Made by a program: the position numbers and the translations under genes
Assembly: GCA_963792965.1 (NCBI GenBank)
Contig: CAWBYW010000007.1
Coordinates: 96,001-160,000, forward strand
Source of the DNA: an uncultured delta proteobacterium
GTDB taxonomy: Bacteria > Desulfobacterota > Zymogenia > Zymogenales > Zymogenaceae
Length of the DNA stretch: 64,000 bases
Direction of reading: 5' to 3'
Notes under the pieces: generated by a model
Told to the model about the DNA's origin: nothing
Database searches by the model: none
The model's input: the letters and a program-made list of their open reading frames with translations, nothing else
In this document: piece by piece, positions 50,814 through 60,148 of the stretch
Layout of the letters: the number at the start of each line of letters is the position of its first letter
How positions within the stretch are numbered: position 1 is the stretch's first letter

Positions 50814-51758
50814 ATGATGCTCAACGCGGCGGCCAAGATAAAAGGGATCCTTGACGAATACGTAATCGGACACAACGATATCAAGGAGGGAATCCTCCTT
50901 GCTTTGATAGCGCGGGAACACGTCTATATCGAGGGCGCCCCGGGCACGGCAAAGACGATGCTTGCCGAGCTCACCGCCAAGGCCGCCAATCTCAACTTCT
51001 ATTTCTATCAATTCCACCGCGATACGCGGTTGACGGAGCTGATCGGCGACTACATCATCTGCCGCGAGCCGCAGTCGGGAAACGGGGACGCGGAGCTGAT
51101 CAGCCAGCGACTCGTCCCCGGTGGTATCCTTACGGCGCAGCTGGCCGTTCTTGACGACATAACCCGTGCGCCGGGAGAAGCCCTCAATATCCTCCTTCGG
51201 CTTCTCAACGAGCGGGAATATAAAGGGAGCCGCCTCCCGCTGCTCACGGCGATAGCCACCAGTAATCCCACCCAGGATGACTACTACAACGAGCCGCTGG
51301 ATCTGGCTAACCTTGACCGGTTCACGATTCAGCTCCGGTCGTCGGGGCTCATCAACCGGGGCAACTGGGACGAAGCCGTCTCGGTAATGAATTACTACAC
51401 CGACCACACGTTCGACAAGGAGTCGGTCACGGGTTTCGAGAATGCCCTCTTTGCCGATCCGGACCGCTACCTGTTGGATATCACCGTTCCGGCAACGGTC
51501 CGGCAGCGACTCATTGGATTCCTCGAGCATCTGGTTGTCAATTTCCATCTCAACGAGACCAATTCGCTCCTCACCGACCGGACGTTTCTCGTCAAGGCTA
51601 TCCGCATTCTCAAGGCCAAGGCGGTGCTTGAGGGAAGAAAAGAGGTCGTCCCCCAGGACCTTTCCGTCCTCAGCTACCTCACGACGTTCCGGGTCCCTCC
51701 GGAAGTAGGGATGCGCCTGGACGAAATCCTCATGGATCTGGTCGAAAAAAAAAACTAA
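50814..51758 (+). CDS. MoxR/RavA-like AAA+ ATPase (short, unshifted product)
   Basis: Walker A GAPGTAKT, Walker B-like AVLDDI, LNILLRLLNER, ATSN, LDRF, TDR; ends at the A10 run followed by CTAA. Confidence 0.9.
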   Translation: MMLNAAAKIKGILDEYVIGHNDIKEGILLALIAREHVYIEGAPGTAKTMLAELTAKAANLNFYFYQFHRDTRLTELIGDYIICREPQSGNGDAELISQRLVPGGILTAQLAVLDDITRAPGEALNILLRLLNEREYKGSRLPLLTAIATSNPTQDDYYNEPLDLANLDRFTIQLRSSGLINRGNWDEAVSVMNYYTDHTFDKESVTGFENALFADPDRYLLDITVPATVRQRLIGFLEHLVVNFHLNETNSLLTDRTFLVKAIRILKAKAVLEGRKEVVPQDLSVLSYLTTFRVPPEVGMRLDEILMDLVEKKN

Positions 51759-52699
51759 ATACGCCCGAGTTCCAAGAGCGTGAGGAACAACCCCAGCCGC
51801 AGGAAGTAGAGGAAGGCGCGGCCGAGCCGTCCGAGCTTTCCGACAAAGACTTCGAGCAATTCCCCGATAAGTCCTTCGTCGTAAAAGACCTGCTTCCCAC
51901 TCGGGAAAAGACCGACGATAACGTCGTCGACAGGGGCGAGGATGAAGTCAATAAGGAAACGCTCAGCGACGTCCGGCCGATACTCAAGGTCATCGAAGGC
52001 AATATCGTTCAAAAGACCGAAGACCTCATGAAGGATTCCGGCGGCTCGCCGCGAAGCTGGTCGCGCCTTGAGGATTTCTCCCACTTTGACGACGTGGACC
52101 CGGTCGACTCGACGGTGTGGCTTTCTCACCTCAATCCGAAAATGCCGATGGCGCTCCTCCGCAAGCGAAAGCTCAAGGGCGGAGCACTGGCTATCGTGCG
52201 CGATATCAGCTCTTCCATGACCGGGAGCCGCGCTCAGTGGTCTTCCATGCTGATCCTTGGGCTTGTCCGTATCGCGCGAAAGAGACGGATGCGGCTTGGC
52301 TATCTCGAGTTCAATCACCAATCGACAAAATTCCTGAGGAACAGGACTTTCTTCAACCGTTCGTATACCCGTATCGGCGATATTGCATCGCGATGTCGAT
52401 GCAGCGGGTTCACCAACTACCAACTCCCGCTTCTGGACGCCATCAAGGAGTTCAAAGACGTGTCCGACAGGATAAAGCACGTCGTGTTTATTACTGACGG
52501 AAGACCCACGGAAGGGGACCGGGAGATCAGCCGCGAGATAAAGATCGCCCAGAAGGATGGAATAGCGGTCCATTCTATCTATATCGGGAAGAAGGAATCC
52601 CCGGAGATCCTCAGGACGCTGTCGAAGAAGACGGGAGGGGCCCATTTTCAGGTAGGGCCGGATGAGAACGGGAGTCTGAAGCTGAAAACATTGACATAA
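51746..52699 (+). CDS. Acidic linker + vWA (MIDAS) domain, in the -1 frame from the A10 run of the AAA+ gene
   Basis: The -1 frame is open from the A10: KKKLNTPEFQEREEQPQPQEVEEG...; vWA motifs RDISSSM, GFTNY, FITDG. No start codon before 52028. Confidence 0.85.
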   Translation, partial: KKKLNTPEFQEREEQPQPQEVEEGAAEPSELSDKDFEQFPDKSFVVKDLLPTREKTDDNVVDRGEDEVNKETLSDVRPILKVIEGNIVQKTEDLMKDSGGSPRSWSRLEDFSHFDDVDPVDSTVWLSHLNPKMPMALLRKRKLKGGALAIVRDISSSMTGSRAQWSSMLILGLVRIARKRRMRLGYLEFNHQSTKFLRNRTFFNRSYTRIGDIASRCRCSGFTNYQLPLLDAIKEFKDVSDRIKHVVFITDGRPTEGDREISREIKIAQKDGIAVHSIYIGKKESPEILRTLSKKTGGAHFQVGPDENGSLKLKTLT

Positions 52700-52706
52700 T
52701 GCTGAT

Positions 52707-52728
52707 ATTATTATGCATGCCTAATAAT
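52707..52728. promoter_or_regulatory. 22-bp near-perfect palindrome upstream of the dehydratase operon
   Basis: ATTATTATGCATGCCTAATAAT, just downstream of a TTGACA at 52691. Confidence 0.5.
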
Positions 52729-52740
52729 TGAGGTTTGCCG

Positions 52741-53883
52741 ATGACACACGACGAGATTCTCAAGGAAATGAAGGCGGTGGCCCAAGACCCCGTCGCTGCG
52801 GCTCGGAAATTCAAGCAGAAATATAACAGGCCGGTCTTCGGTTACTTCTGCACCTACACCCCCGAGGAGATCATTCACGCCGCGGGGGGCATTCCGTTCA
52901 GGATCATCGGACAGAAGAAGGGCGTCGTCTGTTCCGATGCCCACCTCCAGAGCTATTCCTGCTCGCTGGTGAGAACAGGGCTCGATATGGCGCTGACAAA
53001 ACAGCTTGATTTTCTGGAGGGGGCCGTTTTCCCGCATACGTGCGATTCCATACAGCGTCTCTCCGACATCTGGCGAATAAACACGGACTACTCGTTTCAC
53101 GCCGATATCGTGCTGCCCGTTAAACTTCAGACCGAAAGTGCGAGAACCTACCTGATCGAAGAGCTCACGTCCTTTCTCAAGAAACTGGAGGCGTATACAA
53201 AGCATGAGATCAGCGTGCCCTCGCTCAACGAAGCCATCGGGCTCTATAACACCATGAGGACCAACCTCACGCGACTTTACGCGGCCAAGCAAGAGAATCC
53301 CGAAATAATTCATTCCAGCGCCGTCAACGACTGCGTCCAGGCCGCCATGTTCATGCCCGTGGAAGAACACAACTCTCTCATGGGCGAGCTGCTCTCGCTC
53401 ATCGGGAAGAAGAACACCAGCGCACGGCCGACCAGGATATTTCTTGTCGGAAACCTGTGCGTCTTCGACGAGATATACGACTATATCGAGGCGGCAGGGG
53501 GGACCGTCGTCGGCGACGACATGTGCACGGGCTCGCGCTATTTTGCCCTTAACGCCGACGGTAAATCGTCAAAGCCGATCCAGGCCCTTGCGGATCGGAT
53601 CATCAACCGGCCGATATGCGCCGCAAAACACAATCCCCTGCTTGACCGCGGGGTCTACCTGAAAGGGATAGTGCAGGATAGCGGGGCGCAGGGGGTCATC
53701 TTTCTGATGCTTAAATTCTGTGATCCGCACTCCTACGACTATCCGTACCTGAAGGAGTCGATGGACGAATTGAAGGTGCCCCATATGCTGCTCGAGACGG
53801 AGATGGACAATCCCTCACTCGGGCAGATCAAGACCCGTATTGAAGCGTTCATGGAGATGATAGGAGACAGCCGTGGCAGATGA
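52741..53883 (+). CDS. 2-hydroxyacyl-CoA dehydratase family subunit (HgdB/HadC/BcrC-like)
   Basis: GYFCTYTPEEIIHAAG, CSLVR, PHTCD, DDMCTGSRY, KFCDP, TRIEAF. Confidence 0.9.
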   Translation: MTHDEILKEMKAVAQDPVAAARKFKQKYNRPVFGYFCTYTPEEIIHAAGGIPFRIIGQKKGVVCSDAHLQSYSCSLVRTGLDMALTKQLDFLEGAVFPHTCDSIQRLSDIWRINTDYSFHADIVLPVKLQTESARTYLIEELTSFLKKLEAYTKHEISVPSLNEAIGLYNTMRTNLTRLYAAKQENPEIIHSSAVNDCVQAAMFMPVEEHNSLMGELLSLIGKKNTSARPTRIFLVGNLCVFDEIYDYIEAAGGTVVGDDMCTGSRYFALNADGKSSKPIQALADRIINRPICAAKHNPLLDRGVYLKGIVQDSGAQGVIFLMLKFCDPHSYDYPYLKESMDELKVPHMLLETEMDNPSLGQIKTRIEAFMEMIGDSRGR

Positions 53884-55114
53884 AAAGATAAGAGATCCTG
53901 AAAAGGAAAAGAAGAAGTTTCGTTCGGCTAAGGCCATGAGAGAGCTGATGACGCGCTACTACACCGAGTCCAAGATCGCGGAGAGTAGCGGCAACAAGAA
54001 GATCGCCTGGATCACCTCGGGCGGGCCGGTGGAAGTGTTGCACGCCATGGACGTCATCCCTATCTACCCGGAGAACCACGGGGCGATGCTCGGGGCGTCC
54101 AAGATGAGCGTGGAGATGTGCGGCGTCGCCGAGGACATGGGGTACTCCCGTGACCTCTGCTCGTACTTCCGCGGAGATATCGGGAGCGCCGTGACCAAGA
54201 AGAGCCCGATCCCCGGCGGGTTGCCGAAGCCCGATTTCGTCATCGCGTGTAATAACATCTGCGGCACCGTCACGAAGTGGTACGAGGTGCTGGCGCGCTT
54301 CTTTAACGTCCCGATGTTTCTCATAGACACGCCGTTCATCCATCAGCACAAATCGGAAGCCGGTCTGCGATACGTGAAGGCCCAGATGGAGGAGTACATT
54401 CGATTCCTGGAAGAGCAGTGCGGAAGGTCCATGGACAGGGACCGCCTCAAGGAAGTCGGCAAGCTCTCGGTGGAAGGGGTTCGGCTCTGGAATGAAGTGC
54501 TCTCTACCTGCGAGCACAGGCCCGCACCGATGAGCTGTTTTGACGCATTCTTCTTCATCGCCCCGATCGTGACGCTCAGGGGTACGCAGGAGTGCAACGA
54601 TTTCTACGTCGGCCTCCTGGCCGAGCTGAAGCAGAGGATAGCGGATGGGGTGGCGGCGGTCGATAACGAAAAGTATCGTCTCCTCTGGGACAATATACCG
54701 GTCTGGTTTGCGCTTAGGCCCCTCTCGGAGCTTTTTGCGTCAAGTCAGGCGTGTCTCGTCGCCGATACCTACACCAACGCCTGGACCAGGGCGTGCCTCG
54801 ATCCGGATAACCTCATCGAGACGATGTCCCGCTCGTACACCGAGGTTTATCTCAACATCGACATCGAGCTGATGGTCGCCGAGATAGAGGCCCTCATTAA
54901 ACGCTACTCGGCCGACGGCTTTGTCATTCACTCAAATCGCTCGTGCAAACCCTATTCCCTGGGTCAGCTGGACATCGCGCGAATAATTCAGAAAGATCTC
55001 GGGATCCCGACCGTCATCGTCGAGGCGGATATGACCGACGAGCGGTCATACTCCGAGGCGCAGACGAGGACACGCGTCGAGGCTTTCATCGAGAACCTCA
55101 AGCACTCGGCGTGA
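53873..55114 (+). CDS. 2-hydroxyacyl-CoA dehydratase family subunit (HgdA/HadB/BcrB-like)
   Basis: YPENHGA, DLCSY, NNICGTV.KWYE, HSNRSCK, TRVEAF. Confidence 0.9.
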   Translation: MADEKIRDPEKEKKKFRSAKAMRELMTRYYTESKIAESSGNKKIAWITSGGPVEVLHAMDVIPIYPENHGAMLGASKMSVEMCGVAEDMGYSRDLCSYFRGDIGSAVTKKSPIPGGLPKPDFVIACNNICGTVTKWYEVLARFFNVPMFLIDTPFIHQHKSEAGLRYVKAQMEEYIRFLEEQCGRSMDRDRLKEVGKLSVEGVRLWNEVLSTCEHRPAPMSCFDAFFFIAPIVTLRGTQECNDFYVGLLAELKQRIADGVAAVDNEKYRLLWDNIPVWFALRPLSELFASSQACLVADTYTNAWTRACLDPDNLIETMSRSYTEVYLNIDIELMVAEIEALIKRYSADGFVIHSNRSCKPYSLGQLDIARIIQKDLGIPTVIVEADMTDERSYSEAQTRTRVEAFIENLKHSA

Positions 55115-55199
55115 GAACCGCCCGGATGTCGCGTGCCCTGATATGTGGGGTGAAAGGCAAGGAGACTACCCGAAAATGGCGCGTGCCCCGTTTCGTGCG

Positions 55200-55430
55200 A
55201 TGGTCGAAGTGAGGCTCTTCGGGTCCTTCAGGCGATACGCGAAGGATAAGAAGGGCCTGAGGATGGAGGCCGCCGATCTGTGCGATGTCTTGAAGGATCT
55301 CCCGGTCGAGCGCGGAGAGGTGGGCCTGGTGCTCATCAACAGGCGTCCCGTGGAGTCGGTGTGGAAGGGCCCACATCAATTGAATGACGGGGATCTGATA
55401 GAGATATACCCCATCGCCACCGGAGGGTAA
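55200..55430 (+). CDS. MoaD/ThiS family sulfur carrier
   Basis: VEVRLFGSFR...LVLINR...DGDLIEIYPIATGG with C-terminal GG, directly before aor. Confidence 0.85.
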   Translation: MVEVRLFGSFRRYAKDKKGLRMEAADLCDVLKDLPVERGEVGLVLINRRPVESVWKGPHQLNDGDLIEIYPIATGG

Positions 55431-57335
55431 GTGGCATCCGGCTACTGGAACAAGATCCTGAGGGTCAACCTCTCCGATAAAACCTACCGTGTCGAAGACC
55501 TCGACGAAGGGTTCATGAGAAAGTATCTGGGGGGGAGAGGGCTCGCCCTCCCCTTTTTCCTGAGGGAGACCGCGCCGGGTCTCGACCCCTTTTCACCAGC
55601 CAATCCGATCATCTTTGCCTGCGGAGCCCTGACGGGGGCCGCAGGACCCGCCATTCCACGCTTTACCGCCGTATCGAAATCACCCCTGACCAATGGGCTC
55701 GGGGCATCGGAGGCCGGGGGATTCTGGGGCCCTGAGTTGAAGAACACGGGGTATGACGCCCTCATTGTAGAGGGGAAGGCGCCCAAACCGGTCTATCTTT
55801 TCGTTAGTGAGGAGCGGGTCGAGTTTCACGATGCGGCCGGAGTGTGGGGAAAGGAGACCGGCCCGGCCCAGGAAGGCATCAGGGGGGAGCTTGGAGACGG
55901 ACGGGCGCGTGTCCTTATCATCGGCCCGGCGGGAGAAAGGCTCGTGCGGTTTGCGGGCATCGGAAACGAGCTTGCCCACTATAACGGTCGAAACGGACTT
56001 GGGGCCGTGATGGGGAGCAAAAACCTCAAGGCGGTGGCTGTCCGCGGCACAAAGAAGCTTCCGATTGCAGACGAGGCGGCGCTCAGAGAGATCGCCCGGG
56101 AGTTCGCGCGAACGTTCAAGGACAATAAACAGGGATGGACGCTCTTTGAATACGGCACCCCCGCTACGGTCGATGCCCTCGTCGGCTTCGGTGCCCTCCC
56201 GTCCAGAAACTGGGAGACAGGGGTATCGGAGAATGACAAGGGCCTCTTCTGCGATCGGTATAACGAGGAGATCCTCGTGTCTCGAAAGGGCTGCTTTGCC
56301 TGTCCGATACGATGCAAGCGCGTGGTGAAAGTCTCGGAGGGGGATCTGGCCGTGAACGGGGACTACGGGGGACCCGAATACGAGACGATCGCGGCCCTCG
56401 GCTCCAATTGCGGTATATACGATCACCGGGTCATCGCCAAGGCCAACGAGTCGGCCGACCGGTTTGGGATGGATACGATCTCGCTCGGCATGACGATCGC
56501 GTTTGCCATGAGATGCTACCGGGAACGTCTCCTGACGAAAGCGGATACGGGCGGGATCGATCTCGAATTCGGGAGCCGTGATGCGCTGCTTTCCGTCATC
56601 GAGATGACGGCTCGGCGGGAGGGAGTAGGGGACCTCATCGCCGAGGGTTCGGTCAGGATGGCGCGCATCGTGGGTAAAGGCTCGGAGCGATTTCTTGTCG
56701 AGACAAAGGGCCAGGAGGTGGCGATGCACGACCCCCGCATCAAAACGGGGGTCGGGATAGGCTACGCCGTCTCCGATATCGGGGCCGATCATATGGTCTC
56801 TCCTCACGACCCGTTCTTCACGGACGAAAAGTCGCCGTCGTTTATCGGCTCCCGTATCCTCGGGATCAAAGAACCATCGGGCCTTTTCGAGATGACGAAC
56901 AACAAGGCGGTTAACTTCGGCATCGCCGCGCGCTACTGGAGGATGCAGGACTGCCTCGGCTGCTGTCACTTCGGGTTTATGCCGCGCGGCCCCATGGAAA
57001 TCGACAAGCTCATTGAGATGATAAACGCGGTCACCGGCTGGAACGTCGGCATGGCGGAGCTCCTCACGGCGGGGGAGCGAGCGATCAGCCTGTCACGGAT
57101 ATATAATCATCGGGAAGGTTTTTCCCGGCAGGATGACCGCCTTCCCGCGAAATACCACGAGAATATGGCAGACGGTCCCTACCAGGGAAAACTCGGCATC
57201 GACGGCAAGAAGTTCGAGGATCTCCTCTGTTCATACTACGAGGAATTCGGGTGGGATCCCGAGACCGGCTACCCAACGCTGGAAAAGATACGCGAACTGG
57301 GTCTCGATGGGTTCACTCCTGGGGCCGGCTCGTAG
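55431..57335 (+). CDS. aor: Tungsten aldehyde:ferredoxin oxidoreductase family protein
   Basis: KYLGGRGL, KSPLT, GRNGLGAVMGSKNLKA, CFACPIRC, GPEYET, GMDTIS, DDRLP. Confidence 0.94.
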   Translation: MASGYWNKILRVNLSDKTYRVEDLDEGFMRKYLGGRGLALPFFLRETAPGLDPFSPANPIIFACGALTGAAGPAIPRFTAVSKSPLTNGLGASEAGGFWGPELKNTGYDALIVEGKAPKPVYLFVSEERVEFHDAAGVWGKETGPAQEGIRGELGDGRARVLIIGPAGERLVRFAGIGNELAHYNGRNGLGAVMGSKNLKAVAVRGTKKLPIADEAALREIAREFARTFKDNKQGWTLFEYGTPATVDALVGFGALPSRNWETGVSENDKGLFCDRYNEEILVSRKGCFACPIRCKRVVKVSEGDLAVNGDYGGPEYETIAALGSNCGIYDHRVIAKANESADRFGMDTISLGMTIAFAMRCYRERLLTKADTGGIDLEFGSRDALLSVIEMTARREGVGDLIAEGSVRMARIVGKGSERFLVETKGQEVAMHDPRIKTGVGIGYAVSDIGADHMVSPHDPFFTDEKSPSFIGSRILGIKEPSGLFEMTNNKAVNFGIAARYWRMQDCLGCCHFGFMPRGPMEIDKLIEMINAVTGWNVGMAELLTAGERAISLSRIYNHREGFSRQDDRLPAKYHENMADGPYQGKLGIDGKKFEDLLCSYYEEFGWDPETGYPTLEKIRELGLDGFTPGAGS

Positions 57336-57579
57336 CCGGTCGGCGCGTGCCGAGAGGCCTTAGGGGGCGCAGGGAGCAACTGTTGAGATGTTCGCCCCGC
57401 CTCCGTAAGGGGAGAGACGGGGATTATTCCCCATAGGAACCCCGAACGAGACCGGCGGCCGCGGACGGCCGTCTTTCGGATCCTCATGGCTCAGCGTGAG
57501 AAAAAGACTGGGACCTGGACGCCTCCCCGGGTAGACCTTCCCGGCTTACGGGGCCTTTTAGACGAGGATTATCCCGACG

Positions 57580-58314
57580 ATGCGCACCGCAATCGTTTCC
57601 GACATCCATGGAAACCTCGTTGCCTTTCGTTCCTCTTTAGAGGCGTTGGGCGGCATTGGGGCCGATCGAATCCTCTGCCTCGGGGATATCGTCGGTTACA
57701 ACCCGTGGCCCAACGAATGCGTCGATATTATCAGGCAAATGGCGATTCCGGCCGTCATGGGAAATCACGATCGAGTGGCGGCGGGAATAGAAGAGCCGGA
57801 TAGATTCAACAGCAGCGCGCGGGAGGCGATTCTCTGGACAAGGGAACTCCTGACCAGGGAAAACCGCGATTTCCTGGCAAGCCTTCCCGACCGGATGTTC
57901 ATCGGGGATTCGATCGTCCTGGTGCACGGGTCTCCCCGGGAGCCGGATGAGTATATCATCTCGACCGATAGTGCCAGGGAGAACATGCGGTTCATGAGCG
58001 AAAAACTGTCGATCCGGATCGGGTTTTTCGGCCATACTCACATCGCGTCTGCCTTCGTTCAAAAGGGAGATAACGTCGCGGCGCTCAAACCGGAACGGGC
58101 GGTCCTTGAAGGTGGACTCAGCTATCTGATCAATCCCGGGAGTATCGGGCAGCCCCGGGACGGGGACGTACGAGCCTCTCTTCTGATCTACGATTACGAA
58201 GCCAACTCCGTTGAATTCTTTCGCGTCGAGTACGATATCGGTGCCGTCTCTCGGGCGATCTCAGACGCGGGGCTTCCAACGTTTCTGGCCAGGAGACTTT
58301 TTTTAGGGAGGTGA
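57580..58314 (+). CDS. Calcineurin-like metallophosphoesterase
   Basis: SDIHGN, LGDIVGY, MGNHD, VHGSP, GHTH, NPGSIGQPRDG. Confidence 0.93.
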   Translation: MRTAIVSDIHGNLVAFRSSLEALGGIGADRILCLGDIVGYNPWPNECVDIIRQMAIPAVMGNHDRVAAGIEEPDRFNSSAREAILWTRELLTRENRDFLASLPDRMFIGDSIVLVHGSPREPDEYIISTDSARENMRFMSEKLSIRIGFFGHTHIASAFVQKGDNVAALKPERAVLEGGLSYLINPGSIGQPRDGDVRASLLIYDYEANSVEFFRVEYDIGAVSRAISDAGLPTFLARRLFLGR

Positions 58315-58392
58315 AGAAAAGACTTGAAAAAATAGGGGTTTAATGTTACATAATAGATTGTTTTTTTGTTCCCTTTTTCAGGAGGAATAGAA

Positions 58393-59124
58393 ATGAAGAA
58401 GGTGCTGGTCTTATTCTCGGTTCTGATATTGGCAGGCTTCGTTTGCGCCGTCGCGTTTGCCGAAACTCCGGCCGACGTGATCAAGAAGGCCGATGAACTC
58501 TATAACAAGAAAGACATGGCGTCGGTAAAAGAGGCCATCAAACTCCTTGAAGGCGTTAAGGCGGGAAGTGAAGAGGCCGCATGGAAATACGCCAGGGCCT
58601 CGTATTGGGTGGGGACAAGGACGGACAATAAAGACGCACAGGGGCAGATATTTAATAATGCGTATGAGACCCTGAGGCCCTATTATGACAAGGGCTCCAA
58701 GGATATCAACACAAACTACTGGTTCGCACTGAGCGCCGGCAAATACGGGAAGATTCATGGCATACTCAAAAGCCTTTTCCTCGTAAAGCCCATGAAAAAC
58801 GCGTGTAATATCGTCATCGCTAAAGATCCGGGATACGAGCAGGGCGGCGCCCTGACAATCCTCGGCGCGATCGAATACGAAGTCCCGGGTGGCGATTATG
58901 GTAAGACCATCGAATATTGCACCAAAGCCTTAAAGTATGACCCCGCCGGTATTTCGCCGAACCTCTACCTTGCCAAGGCGTATTACAAGAAAGACGCATA
59001 TCCCAAGGCCAAAGAGAGACTCGACTACCTGATTGCCAACGCCAAGCCTGCGACAAAAGACGATCAGAAAGACATGGCGGAAGCCAAAGAGCTCCTCGCA
59101 AAAGTCATCAAGAAGATGAGTTAG
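58393..59124 (+). CDS. Exported TPR-like helical protein, paralog 1
   Basis: Signal peptide (AFA); AAWKYARASY, NYWFALSAGKY, DPGY..GGA..ILG. Confidence 0.8.
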   Translation: MKKVLVLFSVLILAGFVCAVAFAETPADVIKKADELYNKKDMASVKEAIKLLEGVKAGSEEAAWKYARASYWVGTRTDNKDAQGQIFNNAYETLRPYYDKGSKDINTNYWFALSAGKYGKIHGILKSLFLVKPMKNACNIVIAKDPGYEQGGALTILGAIEYEVPGGDYGKTIEYCTKALKYDPAGISPNLYLAKAYYKKDAYPKAKERLDYLIANAKPATKDDQKDMAEAKELLAKVIKKMS

Positions 59125-59193
59125 TAGGATTATCGTGTTATGGCGGCAGGGAGGGGGTAACTCCCCTCCCTGCGTTACTGAGAGGAAATAAGC

Positions 59194-59889
59194 GTGGAAA
59201 AAACGGGCAAGTCCATACTGAAAGAGGCGCTTAAGAAGGGACAAAAGAATCTGTCCGAGCATCAGTCGAAGCTCTTCCTGGAGGCCCACGGGGTCCCGGT
59301 AACGCGGGAGGAAATGGCGGCAACACCGGACGAGGCGGTCAAGATCGCCAAGAAAATCGGGTTTCCGGTCGTGCTCAAGGGTGAATCGCCGGAGCTTACT
59401 CATAAGACAGAGCTGAATGTCATTGAGCTCAATGTCGTGAGTGACGAGCAGGTGCGGGCGGCTTACGACCGAATCATGGGTACGGGGGTAGTTCCCAAGG
59501 GCGGGATCCTTGTTCAGGAGATGATCAAAGGTCAGAGGGAGCTGGTGGTTGGGCTCTCCCGCGACCCGCAATTCGGCCCCTGTGTCATGTTCGGCCTCGG
59601 CGGCATATATACGGAGCTCCTCAGAGACGTCTCGTTTCGCGTCGCACCGCTGAGCGAATATGATGCGCTCCAGATGATGGAAGAAATCAAGGCGAGGAAG
59701 ATCCTCGACGAATTCCGCGGAAAACCCGCCGTCGATAGGAAAGTGCTGGCAAAGGCCCTGATCGCCGTCGGTCAGATCGGACTCGACTACGAAGAGGTAA
59801 AGGAACTGGACATCAATCCCCTCATCATATCGGGGAACAAACCGGTCGCGGTAGACGCGCTGGTCATACTGTCAAACGGGAAGAAATAG
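59194..59889 (+). CDS. ADP-forming acyl-CoA synthetase beta subunit (ATP-grasp)
   Basis: GFPVVLK, HKTE, LVQEM, RDPQFGP.VMFGLGGI, ELDINPL, AVDAL. Confidence 0.93.
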   Translation: MEKTGKSILKEALKKGQKNLSEHQSKLFLEAHGVPVTREEMAATPDEAVKIAKKIGFPVVLKGESPELTHKTELNVIELNVVSDEQVRAAYDRIMGTGVVPKGGILVQEMIKGQRELVVGLSRDPQFGPCVMFGLGGIYTELLRDVSFRVAPLSEYDALQMMEEIKARKILDEFRGKPAVDRKVLAKALIAVGQIGLDYEEVKELDINPLIISGNKPVAVDALVILSNGKK

Positions 59890-59951
59890 CCCAGGGCGTT
59901 CCTGAGGAAAAAGAAATCAGACGAGCCTTCCGTATGACATACGGGAGAGAG

Positions 59952-59979
59952 AAACCGATCCTTACGTGATCGGTTTTTT
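59952..59979 (+). terminator. Intrinsic terminator
   Basis: AAACCGATC-7 nt-GATCGGTTTTTT. Confidence 0.7.
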
Positions 59980-60148
59980 GTTTCGGCCCAGCGTTCTTGT
60001 CATTCGTCGTTGACGGTTGTCGCGTGAGTACCTGTGGACACGGATGGAGAACCCCGCTCGGGTCGGAAAATTAAAATATTGTCTTGTAAATTCCAGAGCT
60101 TAATGATAAATTATAATAATTGTTTCATACCATTAGTCAGGAGGGAAT

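Noticed and set aside
52741-55114. Benzoyl-CoA reductase (BcrBC) assignment
   Set aside because: No BcrAD ATPase subunits or ring-cleavage genes in the window; only the family-level call is supportable.
55680-56969. 429-aa minus-strand ORF (similarly 17674-18813 and 47294-48262)
   Set aside because: Antisense to well-supported genes; no independent evidence.
57336-57579. GC-rich spacer after aor as an ncRNA or 105-aa ORF
   Set aside because: No recognisable RNA family; the ORF overlaps the phosphoesterase out of frame.
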